In this document: positions 7,800 to 17,600 of the stretch, piece after piece
Position numbering within the stretch: the first letter of the stretch is position 1
Layout: the number at the start of each line of letters is the position of its first letter
From: a virus
Lineage: Duplodnaviria; Caudoviricetes
Direction: 5' to 3' (one strand)
DNA length: 31,682 nucleotides
Virus record (IMG/VR): IMGVR_UViG_3300022209_000010
Location: 1 to 31,682 of that record
Notes under the pieces: generated by a model
What the model saw: only the letters and a program-made list of their open reading frames with translations
The model's database searches: none
Told to the model about the DNA's origin: nothing
Position numbers and translations under genes: made by a program

Positions 7800-8585
7800 T
7801 TATCTCTTGGCGGGGCGAGAAATCACCCGGCCATCCGCCGACTTAAAGAAGTCCCTGCCATCTCGGGTTTCGCTGAAGGTAAATTTAGCGCCCTTATGCG
7901 TTACTGTTGTATCCTTCGGGACATCCGCTGTTTTTGACACGCTACCGGCAGTAAGGGCGCGGGTCAGTTTGTCAAAAGCATCAAGGCGTTGAATTTCATC
8001 CAAGGCATCGCGCTCGCCTTTCGTTATTGCCTCGCCCTTCCGTATCTTCTCAATAATAGGAATGGAGATGGCGGATAGTGACGGAGCAGGTGGCGGTCTT
8101 GTTGCGCCGATGACATTTTTCTTTTCAGTCTCCGACAACTTGGATAGGTCCACACCCAACGCTCCGGCCTTGCGCTCTATGTCCGGTATGCGGGCCTCTT
8201 CCTTAGCCGCCTCAATCTGCCCCGCCTTTCGCGCCTCAAGGGCGGCGGGGTCCACCGTCCGGGAAATATTCAAGTCAAGACCAATCGCGTCCGGTTGTTT
8301 AAATAACCCGCCAATTTGAGTTGCAAGTCTGGTCGCCACAGCCCTGTCTCTCTTATAGGCCTCGCTGGCACCATACTTATTCGGTTCCGCTTGTGCCAAC
8401 TGATCCATAAGGCCGATTTGCTTTAGCAGGTTTCCGTACTGACTCTCATGCCCCTTCAGCCTCTCAGCGGCAGCCTTCTGCTGAAGCTGCTGATCCAGCA
8501 GGTCCACGCGCCGGTCGGCGGTGTCCCGCGTCTGTCGCGCCGCTGCTGCGTCCGCAAAGCCTGCACCCAAGAACGGACTAACCAT
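7800..8585 (-). CDS. internal virion / ejection protein
   Basis: Ala/Gln/charged helical composition; position in ejection triad; TAATG coupling. Confidence 0.6.
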   Translation of the reverse strand: MVSPFLGAGFADAAAARQTRDTADRRVDLLDQQLQQKAAAERLKGHESQYGNLLKQIGLMDQLAQAEPNKYGASEAYKRDRAVATRLATQIGGLFKQPDAIGLDLNISRTVDPAALEARKAGQIEAAKEEARIPDIERKAGALGVDLSKLSETEKKNVIGATRPPPAPSLSAISIPIIEKIRKGEAITKGERDALDEIQRLDAFDKLTRALTAGSVSKTADVPKDTTVTHKGAKFTFSETRDGRDFFKSADGRVISRPAKR

Positions 8586-9571
8586 TAGAAATCACCTCTT
8601 TGATTCTCGAAGTTGGTAAAGGTTTGTCCACCACCACCCCCGCCAAAGGACTGCGCGAAGTTAAAGCCGCCAATCCCTGCGTCCACCAGACTGTTAGCGC
8701 CCAACTCAAGGCTCTTGCCCCGTGCGAACTGCTGTTTCGCCTTGAACTGCGCTTCCGCAATGGCGAGGTCGGTGCCGATCTTGGTAAAGGCAGCGACTAG
8801 CTGGCCTGAATATCCAAGCTCCGTCAGTTCGCGCTGCGCCCGCTGCGCGGCAACCCCGGCCTCAGCCTGAATGGTCTGTACCTCTTGCGCCAGTACGCTC
8901 GCGTCCTGCGCCGTCAGCCCCGCAGCAAGGCCGATCTGCTGCATCTGCAAGCCCACATTCCCCGCGTCGAACTTCATAATCTCGCCAACTTGTTGGATCA
9001 ATTGTTGCTGCGCCTGCTGTTCCTCCAGGAACGATTCCGCCCTCACCCGGTCTTCTTCATTTGCGAAGTCCTGTGCAACGCTGGCAATCTGGGCATTCGC
9101 AAAGCTGGCCCCGCCGACATTCCTCTGGGCGAAGTTGGACCGCAGATTGCCGCTCGCCTTACTTGCTGCGCTTCTGATGCCCTGCACCCGGCTTTCCGTC
9201 AGCCTGCCAAAGCCGGGACGAAGCTCATCCAGTTGCCCCGTGAGCCTGTTCCTCAAGCCCGCCGTGGTGTCAAAGAATCCCGAAGTGCGTTGCTGGAGAG
9301 GATCGAGACTGCCTCTCAATGATCCCAGAACATCCCGTATACCACCCAGTTGTGCGCGGTTCGCCTGCAAACTCCCGATAGCGCCCGCTTCTGTCCGGGG
9401 AACAAGGCTTGCCGCCGTGCCCGTGCCTCGCGCCAAAGTACCGCTTCCAAGGTTAAGGGCAAACGTGGGCGTGGTTAATCCGGTCGGGCGCGGGGCGTCA
9501 ATCGTCTGGTCTTTACCAAACGCTCCACCTATTCCAACGGCACCCTTTACGACATCTTTTACAAAGGACAT
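8585..9571 (-). CDS. internal virion / DNA pilot (ejection) protein
   Basis: Gly/Ala/Gln-rich, coiled-coil-like middle, Gly-rich ends; position after nozzle. Confidence 0.65.
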   Translation of the reverse strand: MSFVKDVVKGAVGIGGAFGKDQTIDAPRPTGLTTPTFALNLGSGTLARGTGTAASLVPRTEAGAIGSLQANRAQLGGIRDVLGSLRGSLDPLQQRTSGFFDTTAGLRNRLTGQLDELRPGFGRLTESRVQGIRSAASKASGNLRSNFAQRNVGGASFANAQIASVAQDFANEEDRVRAESFLEEQQAQQQLIQQVGEIMKFDAGNVGLQMQQIGLAAGLTAQDASVLAQEVQTIQAEAGVAAQRAQRELTELGYSGQLVAAFTKIGTDLAIAEAQFKAKQQFARGKSLELGANSLVDAGIGGFNFAQSFGGGGGGQTFTNFENQRGDF

Positions 9572-10335
9572 TAATGACCTACCGTCTGGTACAGGGTTGC
9601 ATGAACGCCATCGCTAAAATAATCCCGCAACTTTCCGACCTTCCTGACAACGCCGTATTTCCCGAGATGATTGAAATACTTTTCGTCCTTGGCTTCCGCC
9701 GTCACCCAGCCCATGTGGTTCTTCTTCAACTCGATAAAGAACGCCAATCCGATCTCCAGCCGGTCCCGCGCCGACGCATCGGGGAACCAGACAGCGTGAG
9801 GATACGCGATTTTGCCACGATATTCCAATGTGGCCACGCCCAAGGGTATCTCCCCGTACACCGCATGTTTTCCCATCATGGCGACAACCTCGCCACCGGC
9901 CTCCATTATCGGAGTGATTATATCCATCAGCCATGCGTTAAACGTCAGCGCGTCCATGTCTTCCGGCAGATTCTCCACGTCATTGAAGGCACCCCGCTTG
10001 TACGCCGCCCAGACATACTTGATATGGTCCGTCTCGAACGCTGCAAACCGTGCCGACTTCCGCCGTAACGCCGTACTCCGCTTTAGACTATTGGTCTTTC
10101 GCGGTGCCGAATTCGAGGCCGACTTCTTCGATGACGAACGGGTCCGGGGCGACGACTTCGATTTCGACTTGGAAGAAACTGGAGTGACCGGCAGCAGACC
10201 AATCTTGCTTAAAGATTCTTCCACTAAATCCAACGTTGTAGACGGTTGTTCCGTCGTTGTAGTACGAATCTGAGTTGTAGAATCCAATGCCCTCTTCCTC
10301 TGCGCCTGGGATTTTCTTCGAGATTTCCTGGTCAT
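9571..10335 (-). CDS. hypothetical protein at the T7 gp13-like position (possible acetyltransferase-like fold); start uncertain
   Basis: Globular C-terminal ~165 aa fills gap 9571-10087; all candidate starts upstream of that domain lie inside the nozzle gene. Confidence 0.65.
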   Translation of the reverse strand: MTRKSRRKSQAQRKRALDSTTQIRTTTTEQPSTTLDLVEESLSKIGLLPVTPVSSKSKSKSSPRTRSSSKKSASNSAPRKTNSLKRSTALRRKSARFAAFETDHIKYVWAAYKRGAFNDVENLPEDMDALTFNAWLMDIITPIMEAGGEVVAMMGKHAVYGEIPLGVATLEYRGKIAYPHAVWFPDASARDRLEIGLAFFIELKKNHMGWVTAEAKDEKYFNHLGKYGVVRKVGKLRDYFSDGVHATLYQTVGH

Positions 10336-11665
10336 AAACACTCTTCCCGCCATACAGAATGCGGATCGTGACGGTCTGCGCGAACTGCTTCCGGTAGGTT
10401 ATCCATCCCCTGATATCGAATACGTCCGTGTCGGGTATCTGTATTAACCCCGAGCGTCTTATGACCGTGATATTGTCGGTCCCGCCATCCAGACTGCCGA
10501 CGCCCTCCATCAGGTAGATATTCCCCAACTCATCCCCGAGATAAACCACATCCGTATTGTCCAGCGGGTTGATAAGCTGCATCACCGTCTGCGGAGAGAA
10601 ATTCATCGGATGCGCGGTGGTCCATTTTGACCACGGACTCAACCCCTGACTCGTGGGATCGTTCAGCGTTTTCTTGTGCAGCACCCAGACCGCCGACTGG
10701 TTGTTCGGAAAGCAGTAAACGTCCTGCCCCCTGCGGTCATACTCAATCGTCCATCCCGTCACCTTGTCGATCAGGGGCGATATCTCGGCGGAAACGTCGT
10801 TGCTCTCCACGTCACCGAAGTTGATGGTGCCCGAGAGGCTTTCGATCCTCCCCGCCAGCCCCATGATAACGTCATTACCAATATTCTTGATGGCCTCCGT
10901 TCCCACCACGGCGGAACCAACATGAAACTCCTGCATGGTGAAATCGGTGGCGTCATTCCCGGCTAACCTGAACAGTCTTCCACGCTCCGTCGATACCAGA
11001 AAGGCACCGAATGCAGCCTCCAGCCCATTGATGGGCCTGAGATCGGGCATGGGGAGAAACCATGCGGCATCGAATCCCAATGCAGAGGCCGGGCGGTCGC
11101 CCGCCGAAAGGTCTTCCGCGTTCTGAATGGCCGACCCCAGAATGACATGCGGGGTCGCCGTTCCTGACGTGACGTTCGCGTATATCGCCCGCTCGTTGTA
11201 AACGCGGCAGTACTTGGCAAAAAAATTGCCCCCGAGATTGTGGGCCAGATCGCTGAAAGTGGTGCCGTCCCACTTCTTCACCGTCTCAAGCCCCGAAAGG
11301 TCGGTGATGATTACGAAATCACTAAGGGTGAAGTTATGTTCCCTCGGACCTCGCAGCTTTGCACCCGAAGCGGCGGTTCCTACAGAGACGAATGTCTGAT
11401 CCCCGTCCCATGTGTAAACGGTATCGCCTGCCTGCACTAATGTAGATACCGACATATCGGGATTGATTAGCTGGGCAAAGCCGTTAATGCTCGCTGCATT
11501 GGGCGCGGTGGCGACAAGATCGAACGCATTCCTTCGGGCCAGCGCCCGGTACTGGGGGTCGAGGTCGAAGTTGACCGACCCCGAAACGCATTCGTTCGGG
11601 TCAACGTCAGCGGTTCTACGTCGGGCGTTTATGCCCCCGCCAAACGTGATGACAGTTTCTGCCAT
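10088..11665 (-). CDS. tail nozzle / tail tubular protein B (P22 gp10-like)
   Basis: N-terminal FGGGIN; beta-propeller-like alternation; late WSKW motif; follows adaptor. Confidence 0.75.
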   Translation of the reverse strand: MAETVITFGGGINARRRTADVDPNECVSGSVNFDLDPQYRALARRNAFDLVATAPNAASINGFAQLINPDMSVSTLVQAGDTVYTWDGDQTFVSVGTAASGAKLRGPREHNFTLSDFVIITDLSGLETVKKWDGTTFSDLAHNLGGNFFAKYCRVYNERAIYANVTSGTATPHVILGSAIQNAEDLSAGDRPASALGFDAAWFLPMPDLRPINGLEAAFGAFLVSTERGRLFRLAGNDATDFTMQEFHVGSAVVGTEAIKNIGNDVIMGLAGRIESLSGTINFGDVESNDVSAEISPLIDKVTGWTIEYDRRGQDVYCFPNNQSAVWVLHKKTLNDPTSQGLSPWSKWTTAHPMNFSPQTVMQLINPLDNTDVVYLGDELGNIYLMEGVGSLDGGTDNITVIRRSGLIQIPDTDVFDIRGWITYRKQFAQTVTIRILYGGKSVYDQEISKKIPGAEEEGIGFYNSDSYYNDGTTVYNVGFSGRIFKQDWSAAGHSSFFQVEIEVVAPDPFVIEEVGLEFGTAKDQ

Positions 11666-12396
11666 TAACGCTTACCATAGCGTTTGCGGCGTTGTGTTCG
11701 CGCCATGTAATCCAGCGACCTTGCGAGACTGGAACGGAACATGCTCTGATCGAACTCCTTCTTGAAGACCCGGTTCCATGCCTCGGATACAACGGGCACC
11801 ATCGCCGCCGTGACCGTATCGGCCATCGGCATTGTCTCGGTCGCCATCGTGGAAGTCAGGACAAGCTGTTTCTCATACAGCATGTTCCACGTTTGACCCG
11901 CCTGTTCCGTGGTGGGCTCCCTGTCCAGCCTCAAAGCCCCATCAACGGGGCTGATCGCCCAAAAACTCGGGTCGCCCGTGAAGTCGGTGGCCATCACCTG
12001 ATCCCGCAACATGCGGGCGTAGCCTCCGGGGTATTCATAGGCCAGCAGCCCGGACGTGGCCCCCCTCATAACTCTGTCCCGGTAATCCTCCCCAGCTACA
12101 CGCTCAAAGTCATTGGGGAACGAATACTCCCGCTGGCCCGTCGCAAGCGTAAAGGTCGCGCTGGAAGCCTCGTTGGGAAATAGCCCCATCGCGTAGATTT
12201 CATGCAAGCCTTCCTGCCAAAGCTGAACGGCGAGGTCTATTTCCGTCTGCCTGCCCGAATCCGTGAATGCACCAGTCGCCACACCGCCAGTCGCCGTCGA
12301 GGCAATCGTGGAGGTGACAAGTTCGCCCGCATCGCCCTGGATTACCCTGACGCGCTTGAGCGTTTCATTGACTGCTTGCAGAAATGTAACGGCCAT
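11665..12396 (-). CDS. head-tail adaptor / tail tubular protein A
   Basis: Start reassigned to MAVTFLQAVNETLKR (GAGGA RBS); T(F)L..VN..L and TL..GQREYS.P.DF patterns. Confidence 0.75.
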   Translation of the reverse strand: MAVTFLQAVNETLKRVRVIQGDAGELVTSTIASTATGGVATGAFTDSGRQTEIDLAVQLWQEGLHEIYAMGLFPNEASSATFTLATGQREYSFPNDFERVAGEDYRDRVMRGATSGLLAYEYPGGYARMLRDQVMATDFTGDPSFWAISPVDGALRLDREPTTEQAGQTWNMLYEKQLVLTSTMATETMPMADTVTAAMVPVVSEAWNRVFKKEFDQSMFRSSLARSLDYMARTQRRKRYGKR

Positions 12397-12406
12397 TCGT
12401 TTATCC

Positions 12407-14647
12407 TCACAAATTCGCCATTGCGGTAAATACCGCTTCCGTATCATGGAAATCCCATGTCACCGTATTGTCGGTAATTCCCGTGCCCGTCCCCGTAGGT
12501 CCGCCCGACCCGGCGGAAGTCCCGGCGACGGTGCATTTGTAGATCCGGTTAGGAGTGTCGTTTTCCACCCAATCGCCGATTTCATACGCTGTTGTTGGTG
12601 CCCAAGCCGTAGCCATAGCCCCGGCAGTCGTGCAAATCCATCCAATCGGATTTCCGACAGATGGCGCAATATTATCGAAGGTGTCTCCCACGATATAGTC
12701 CCCCCATGTCGGAGCTTGATCCAAGAATGAACGAATGGGCCGCATCTGGTTCACGGTGGCACTCACAAACCCACCGCTTCCAAAATTGCGAGGAATCTCG
12801 CCACCCAAGCACATCTTTACATGGCTTATGCGGAACTCGACCGGAGCAGTAATCGTGTCGGAACCCGTTGGGCGAAAAATGCTTGTACCCGTCCCCTCCG
12901 TTATGGCCGTCTGCGCTGTTGAGTACCATGTATCTTTATCGACAGAAGTAACGATTGAACGGTAGCCCGCTTCATTATGCCATCCCGGAGTAGCCGTGCC
13001 ATCGAAGCGAAAAAGTTGATTTGCTCCTTCTTGGTGAATATATCGCCACCGAATCCCGAAACCTATTTGCGCGCCAAAACCATCCGCGTCATTCAAATAA
13101 CTGGATGGTAGCGAAAAGTTAAATGTCGGATAAGGAAAGTTGGTTCGCGCACGAACAGCAAATACGCGACCCTCAAATTCATCGTTTACAAGACCTATCT
13201 CGTAAATAACGGTGCCGTTGATTTCGTCAATATAGAATTGCGCGAAATCACAAGCCAACATGTTTGTCACTTTAGGAGTACCCACCAATCCGCAAAGCCA
13301 CCCGTCTTTGCTTGCCGATGCCTCGACCAGCGGCATTTCAGTATCGCGCAAATGAATGGCTTGCATAATAGAACCGATACCATCCAGCCTAACGCGCCCA
13401 ACATGCTGATCGGTTACAACAATTTCGCCAGCAGCAAAGTTCACATGATTCTTTATCTCGACCGACCACGAACTATTTACGGTCCCGGAGGTGTTGTATT
13501 CGATAAGATCGCTTGAAAGAATGCTTGTGGAGTCCTGATTGCCCCGGACACCATCCAGCGTCACCTTGCAAACATTGCAAACAGACAGCTTCATGCCGTT
13601 ATCGAAAAGGCCCCATGCCCCCCTTACTATCGTGTGGCGAGTGCCGTTAGAATTGATGCCGTCATCGTGATAAATATTATAGGTTGGGGATGTCCCGCTC
13701 TGTTCGTAATGCAGACCGTTTATATAATTCCAGCCTTCCCCATCAAATCTGATAAGTGAGTTCTTCGCCACGGAAATCCCGCCGCCCTCGATAACTATAT
13801 TATCAATGATAATTTCGCGAAATGCTTTGAAATCAAACAATTCTGTCCAAGGCGACGTGTCATTCCAGCCGCCGTTAAAAACATGAATGTTCTGAAAATA
13901 CATTCCGGTGCCGATGACACCATCACCAGTGCCTGCATTGGTATAGCCTAGAAACCCACCAATATCGTCTAGAAGCAAAACACCCAGCCACGATGAAGAC
14001 GATCCGAAATAGATGGTGTGAACTCCGGTTATATTTGTGCAGTGATAGCAAAGACCGGAAAAGCCACGAAATCCTATATTCATACTCACCCATTGATGAG
14101 CATCATTACCACCAATGCCGTTGCCAAACTGAAAGCAATGCTGGTTGGCTGTGCCCGGATTTTTAGACCGAAACCCAATATCTCTCCAAACGCAATCATA
14201 GGCATTGTTAATATGAGCTGTTGAATCTCCCGGATTTGTAAACAGCCACAGCACATCACCAGCCGTAGTGCTGTCCAGCATGATTGTAGAGCCGCCATTA
14301 GCAATCGTTGGGGACATTGCATGACCTTCACCAAACACGCTGATAGTGCCCTCAGATGTCAGCCCAACCCCGGCCACAGGAACAACGCGGTAAACTCCCC
14401 TCGGAAAATGAAGGATGCGCGTACCGCCATCTGCCTCGGCAACGTCGATTGCCGCCTGAATAGCTGCCCTATCGTCCGTGGTGCTATCGCCCACAGCGCC
14501 ATAATCCTTGACATTGATAAAGCTATTTCCACGCGCTCGGCTCAGCGATGCCCTGTAATCCCCGTCACCCGAAAGCGGGATAGGAATATCCGCACCCGAA
14601 ATATTCTTGGTCGCGGGAAGTGCTGGTAAATTAGGAATTGTCGTCAT
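12407..14647 (-). CDS. tailspike / receptor-binding protein with pectate-lyase-like beta-helix
   Basis: INVKDYGAVGDSTTDDRAAIQAAID...LHFPRGVY motif; Asn/Gly/Ile-rich repeats; C-terminal W...TAY..GD.V module. Confidence 0.85.
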   Translation of the reverse strand: MTTIPNLPALPATKNISGADIPIPLSGDGDYRASLSRARGNSFINVKDYGAVGDSTTDDRAAIQAAIDVAEADGGTRILHFPRGVYRVVPVAGVGLTSEGTISVFGEGHAMSPTIANGGSTIMLDSTTAGDVLWLFTNPGDSTAHINNAYDCVWRDIGFRSKNPGTANQHCFQFGNGIGGNDAHQWVSMNIGFRGFSGLCYHCTNITGVHTIYFGSSSSWLGVLLLDDIGGFLGYTNAGTGDGVIGTGMYFQNIHVFNGGWNDTSPWTELFDFKAFREIIIDNIVIEGGGISVAKNSLIRFDGEGWNYINGLHYEQSGTSPTYNIYHDDGINSNGTRHTIVRGAWGLFDNGMKLSVCNVCKVTLDGVRGNQDSTSILSSDLIEYNTSGTVNSSWSVEIKNHVNFAAGEIVVTDQHVGRVRLDGIGSIMQAIHLRDTEMPLVEASASKDGWLCGLVGTPKVTNMLACDFAQFYIDEINGTVIYEIGLVNDEFEGRVFAVRARTNFPYPTFNFSLPSSYLNDADGFGAQIGFGIRWRYIHQEGANQLFRFDGTATPGWHNEAGYRSIVTSVDKDTWYSTAQTAITEGTGTSIFRPTGSDTITAPVEFRISHVKMCLGGEIPRNFGSGGFVSATVNQMRPIRSFLDQAPTWGDYIVGDTFDNIAPSVGNPIGWICTTAGAMATAWAPTTAYEIGDWVENDTPNRIYKCTVAGTSAGSGGPTGTGTGITDNTVTWDFHDTEAVFTAMANL

Positions 14648-14664
14648 AGCTGCATTCTATCCTT

Positions 14665-17600
14665 TTATTTCCTACGCTTCCAAGTGCCCCGACGACGACG
14701 CCAGCGCCCCAGCTTATCGCCCAGGCCCAAACCGCCATGTCCGGTGAAAGCCTGCACAAACTGCTGATATAGGCTCTGTATCGTCGCCACAGCCGTACTC
14801 GTAGCGGTAAGAACCACATCGGTAAGCGGAACAACAAGTTCACGAACAAGCGTTGCCACCCCTGTAGCGGTTGCCGCCAGTGTTTTAAATAACAAGGCAA
14901 CTCTTGCCAGAGTCGCGGACGCTGTAGATGTTGCGACTAAAGCTATGCTCGTAAAAGCCCTGCTGAGAAGCAATGTCGCAGCGCCCGTCGCCGTCACTGC
15001 GAGAGTGCGGAATGCCGTAACTAACCGTTGAATGGTGGCTACACCTGTGGCCGTAGCTGCAAGGGTAATCTCCGTCAATGCGGAGATAAGTAGCTCGATA
15101 AGAGTGGCTATGCCCGTGGCTGTAGCCGAGAACAGCCGCACGTAAGTGGCGCGACGGAATAACGTGGCTATACCCGTGCTAACCGCGATGAAGACTTTAC
15201 GGAAAAGAGCCCGCCGGGCAAGGGTGGCAACGCCCGTGGCTGTCGCCGCAAGAGTGCGGAGATATACAGGGATGCCCTGAACAAGAGTAGCGATGCCCGT
15301 CGCCGCTGCCGCGAGCGTCTTGAAAAAACCTCTCAACAAGAATGCTCTGGACGGGCCTATCTGTTCATAAGCCCCGCCATTGATAAGCTCCCAGTCGCCC
15401 TTCTGGAAATTGTCTTCCCCGCCAATAAGCCCGTAATGCCCTGAACCCACTTGTGTTGTCAGGAAAACCGCGTGTGGGCTGTTCTTCTCTGTCGCGATAA
15501 CAGTCGCAATGGCGGAGAAAACACGGGCGCTGAACGGGAAGGCATTCGTTATTGTCACCACGCCTGTTGCGACTGCTGATACAATGCGAGGCGCAATCCG
15601 TTGACGCGCCAGCGTTGCCACACCAGTTGCGGTAGCCGCAAGCGTGACGAGCGTAGCCGCCAAATCCTCGGCAATAAGCGTTACTAACCCTGTCGCCGCT
15701 GCCGGTAGCGTAACCGTACTGAAATTCTTCAGGGCAGTAGCTACGCCCGTGGCCGTTGCCGATACGGTGCGGAAGAACAAACCCAGCTTGTTTAATGTGG
15801 CAACGGCAGCAGCAGTCGCAGCAAGGGTTATCTGCGTAGCGCCCAGTTGATCTGCGATCATCGTGGCGGTAGCGGTAACGGTAGCCGCAAAAGCGCGGAA
15901 AGCCCGCCAACGACGCGCCAAGGTAGCCGTTACTGCGGTTGTCGCGGAAAGAACCACTTGCGTGAATGCTTGGCTAAAAGCCAACACGGCAGCGCCCGTG
16001 GCCGTCGTGGATAACGTCCGAAGGGCAAGCCATCTCTTGTTTACGGTCGCCGTCACTGTCGCAGTAGCGGACATAACACGACGAAACAGCCCTTGTATTA
16101 ACAGTGTAGCGGAGCCCGTGGCAGTCACGGCCAGCGTTCGTCCTGCACGCAAACGCCTTTCAAGAACAGCAACCACTGTGGCCGTAGCCGCCAAGGTGAT
16201 TTCCGTTAATGCCGAGATTAATTGCTCTATTAATGTCGCGATGCCTGTGGCCGCAGCAGAAATTATGCGAGAAAACGCCGCCCGCTTGATTATCGTGGCA
16301 ACGCCCGTCGAAACAGCAGACAAAGCGCGGGAAACAGAGGCCAGCCGCAACAAGGTCGCTGTGCCTGTTGCTGTCGCCCCCAGAACGCGATTAACAAATT
16401 TCTGAAACGCTAGAACGGCGGCACCGATTGCCGTAGCGGCAAACCGTATATCTTGCCGAATGTTTAATGTCGTGACAATTCTAGAGCCACCGGCCGCCGT
16501 GGCTGGTCCTGTCGTGTCGGAGGTGCCGACACCTTCCGCCCAGTCATTAGCCGTGCCGTCATTTGTATGTGCGTTGGCTTCGTCTTTATTAAAAACGTAA
16601 GCAGCAGCGCCGCCCGAATCTATGTCGCCATCGTCCGGCAAAACAACGGCCTTGCCATCAGATGTCCGAACCAACTCAATAGTAGATGAATTGCTCCAGT
16701 CAATCTTGCGCTCCCATAAAGCAAGCTGGGATAACCCACCATCAAGATTGCTTGCACCAGTTGTCCAGTTTTGCCCTATGGCGCTGCCGACATCCTGATT
16801 GCGGAAAATACCATCAAGGACAAAAGTCGTTGCAACTGTGCTGTCCTGCACCCCGTCTATATAATTATCATAATCGTCTGTCGCAGCAGTATTTACCCAC
16901 CCGCAAACATGGTGCCATACGTCTTCTGTCGGTACGGCATTGTTTGCAGATATCCACCGATACACAACTCCACCAGCAGCATTCTGGAATAAAAAATCAA
17001 CCCTGTCAGTTGTTTGCAAAACCATCGCCTTGCGGCTTGAGCTTAAAATCGTTGGGGTGCCTGTTGTGTCTCGCCTGATCCAGAATGACCAACTTAGTTC
17101 TTTGCCGTCAGTAAGCCCGGCATTGCTCCCAGAATCATCAAAGCCACTACCGGCAGCACCATCGAAATCCACAGCGGGAGCGGTGCCCTCCGATGCAGGC
17201 TTCAGCGTCCTGAAAAACAATGCGGCGCGGTTCAGCGTTGCCGTAACAGCAGCCGTCGCCGCCAAGGTAAGCTCCGTCAGGGTCGCCCCGAGGTCTTCTA
17301 TCAGCGTGGCAACACCAGTCGCCGCCGCGGAAAGAGTACGATTAACGAGTGCCGCCGCCGTATTAAGGGTCGCCGCTCCGGTTGCTGTCGCCGCATTGGT
17401 GATGCTGGAAAAAGCTTGCGAGAAAGCCAGCGTTGCCGCCCCGGTCGCCGTCGCCGCCAATGTTCTGAATAAAGAGGCCCGTCTCGCCAAAGTCGCCGCT
17501 ACCGTAGCCGTTGCCGCGAGAGTTTCCTCGGTAGGGCCACCAGCCGCAGAAGCAATCGCAAACTGAATACCGGCAAGGCCGTCAGTCACCGCTGACGTGA

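Noticed and set aside
14631-17566. Alternative-frame ORFs within the fibre gene (e.g. 15365-15910, 15863-16405, 16940-17566)
   Set aside because: By-products of Ala/Thr codon repetition, which yields stop-poor alternative frames
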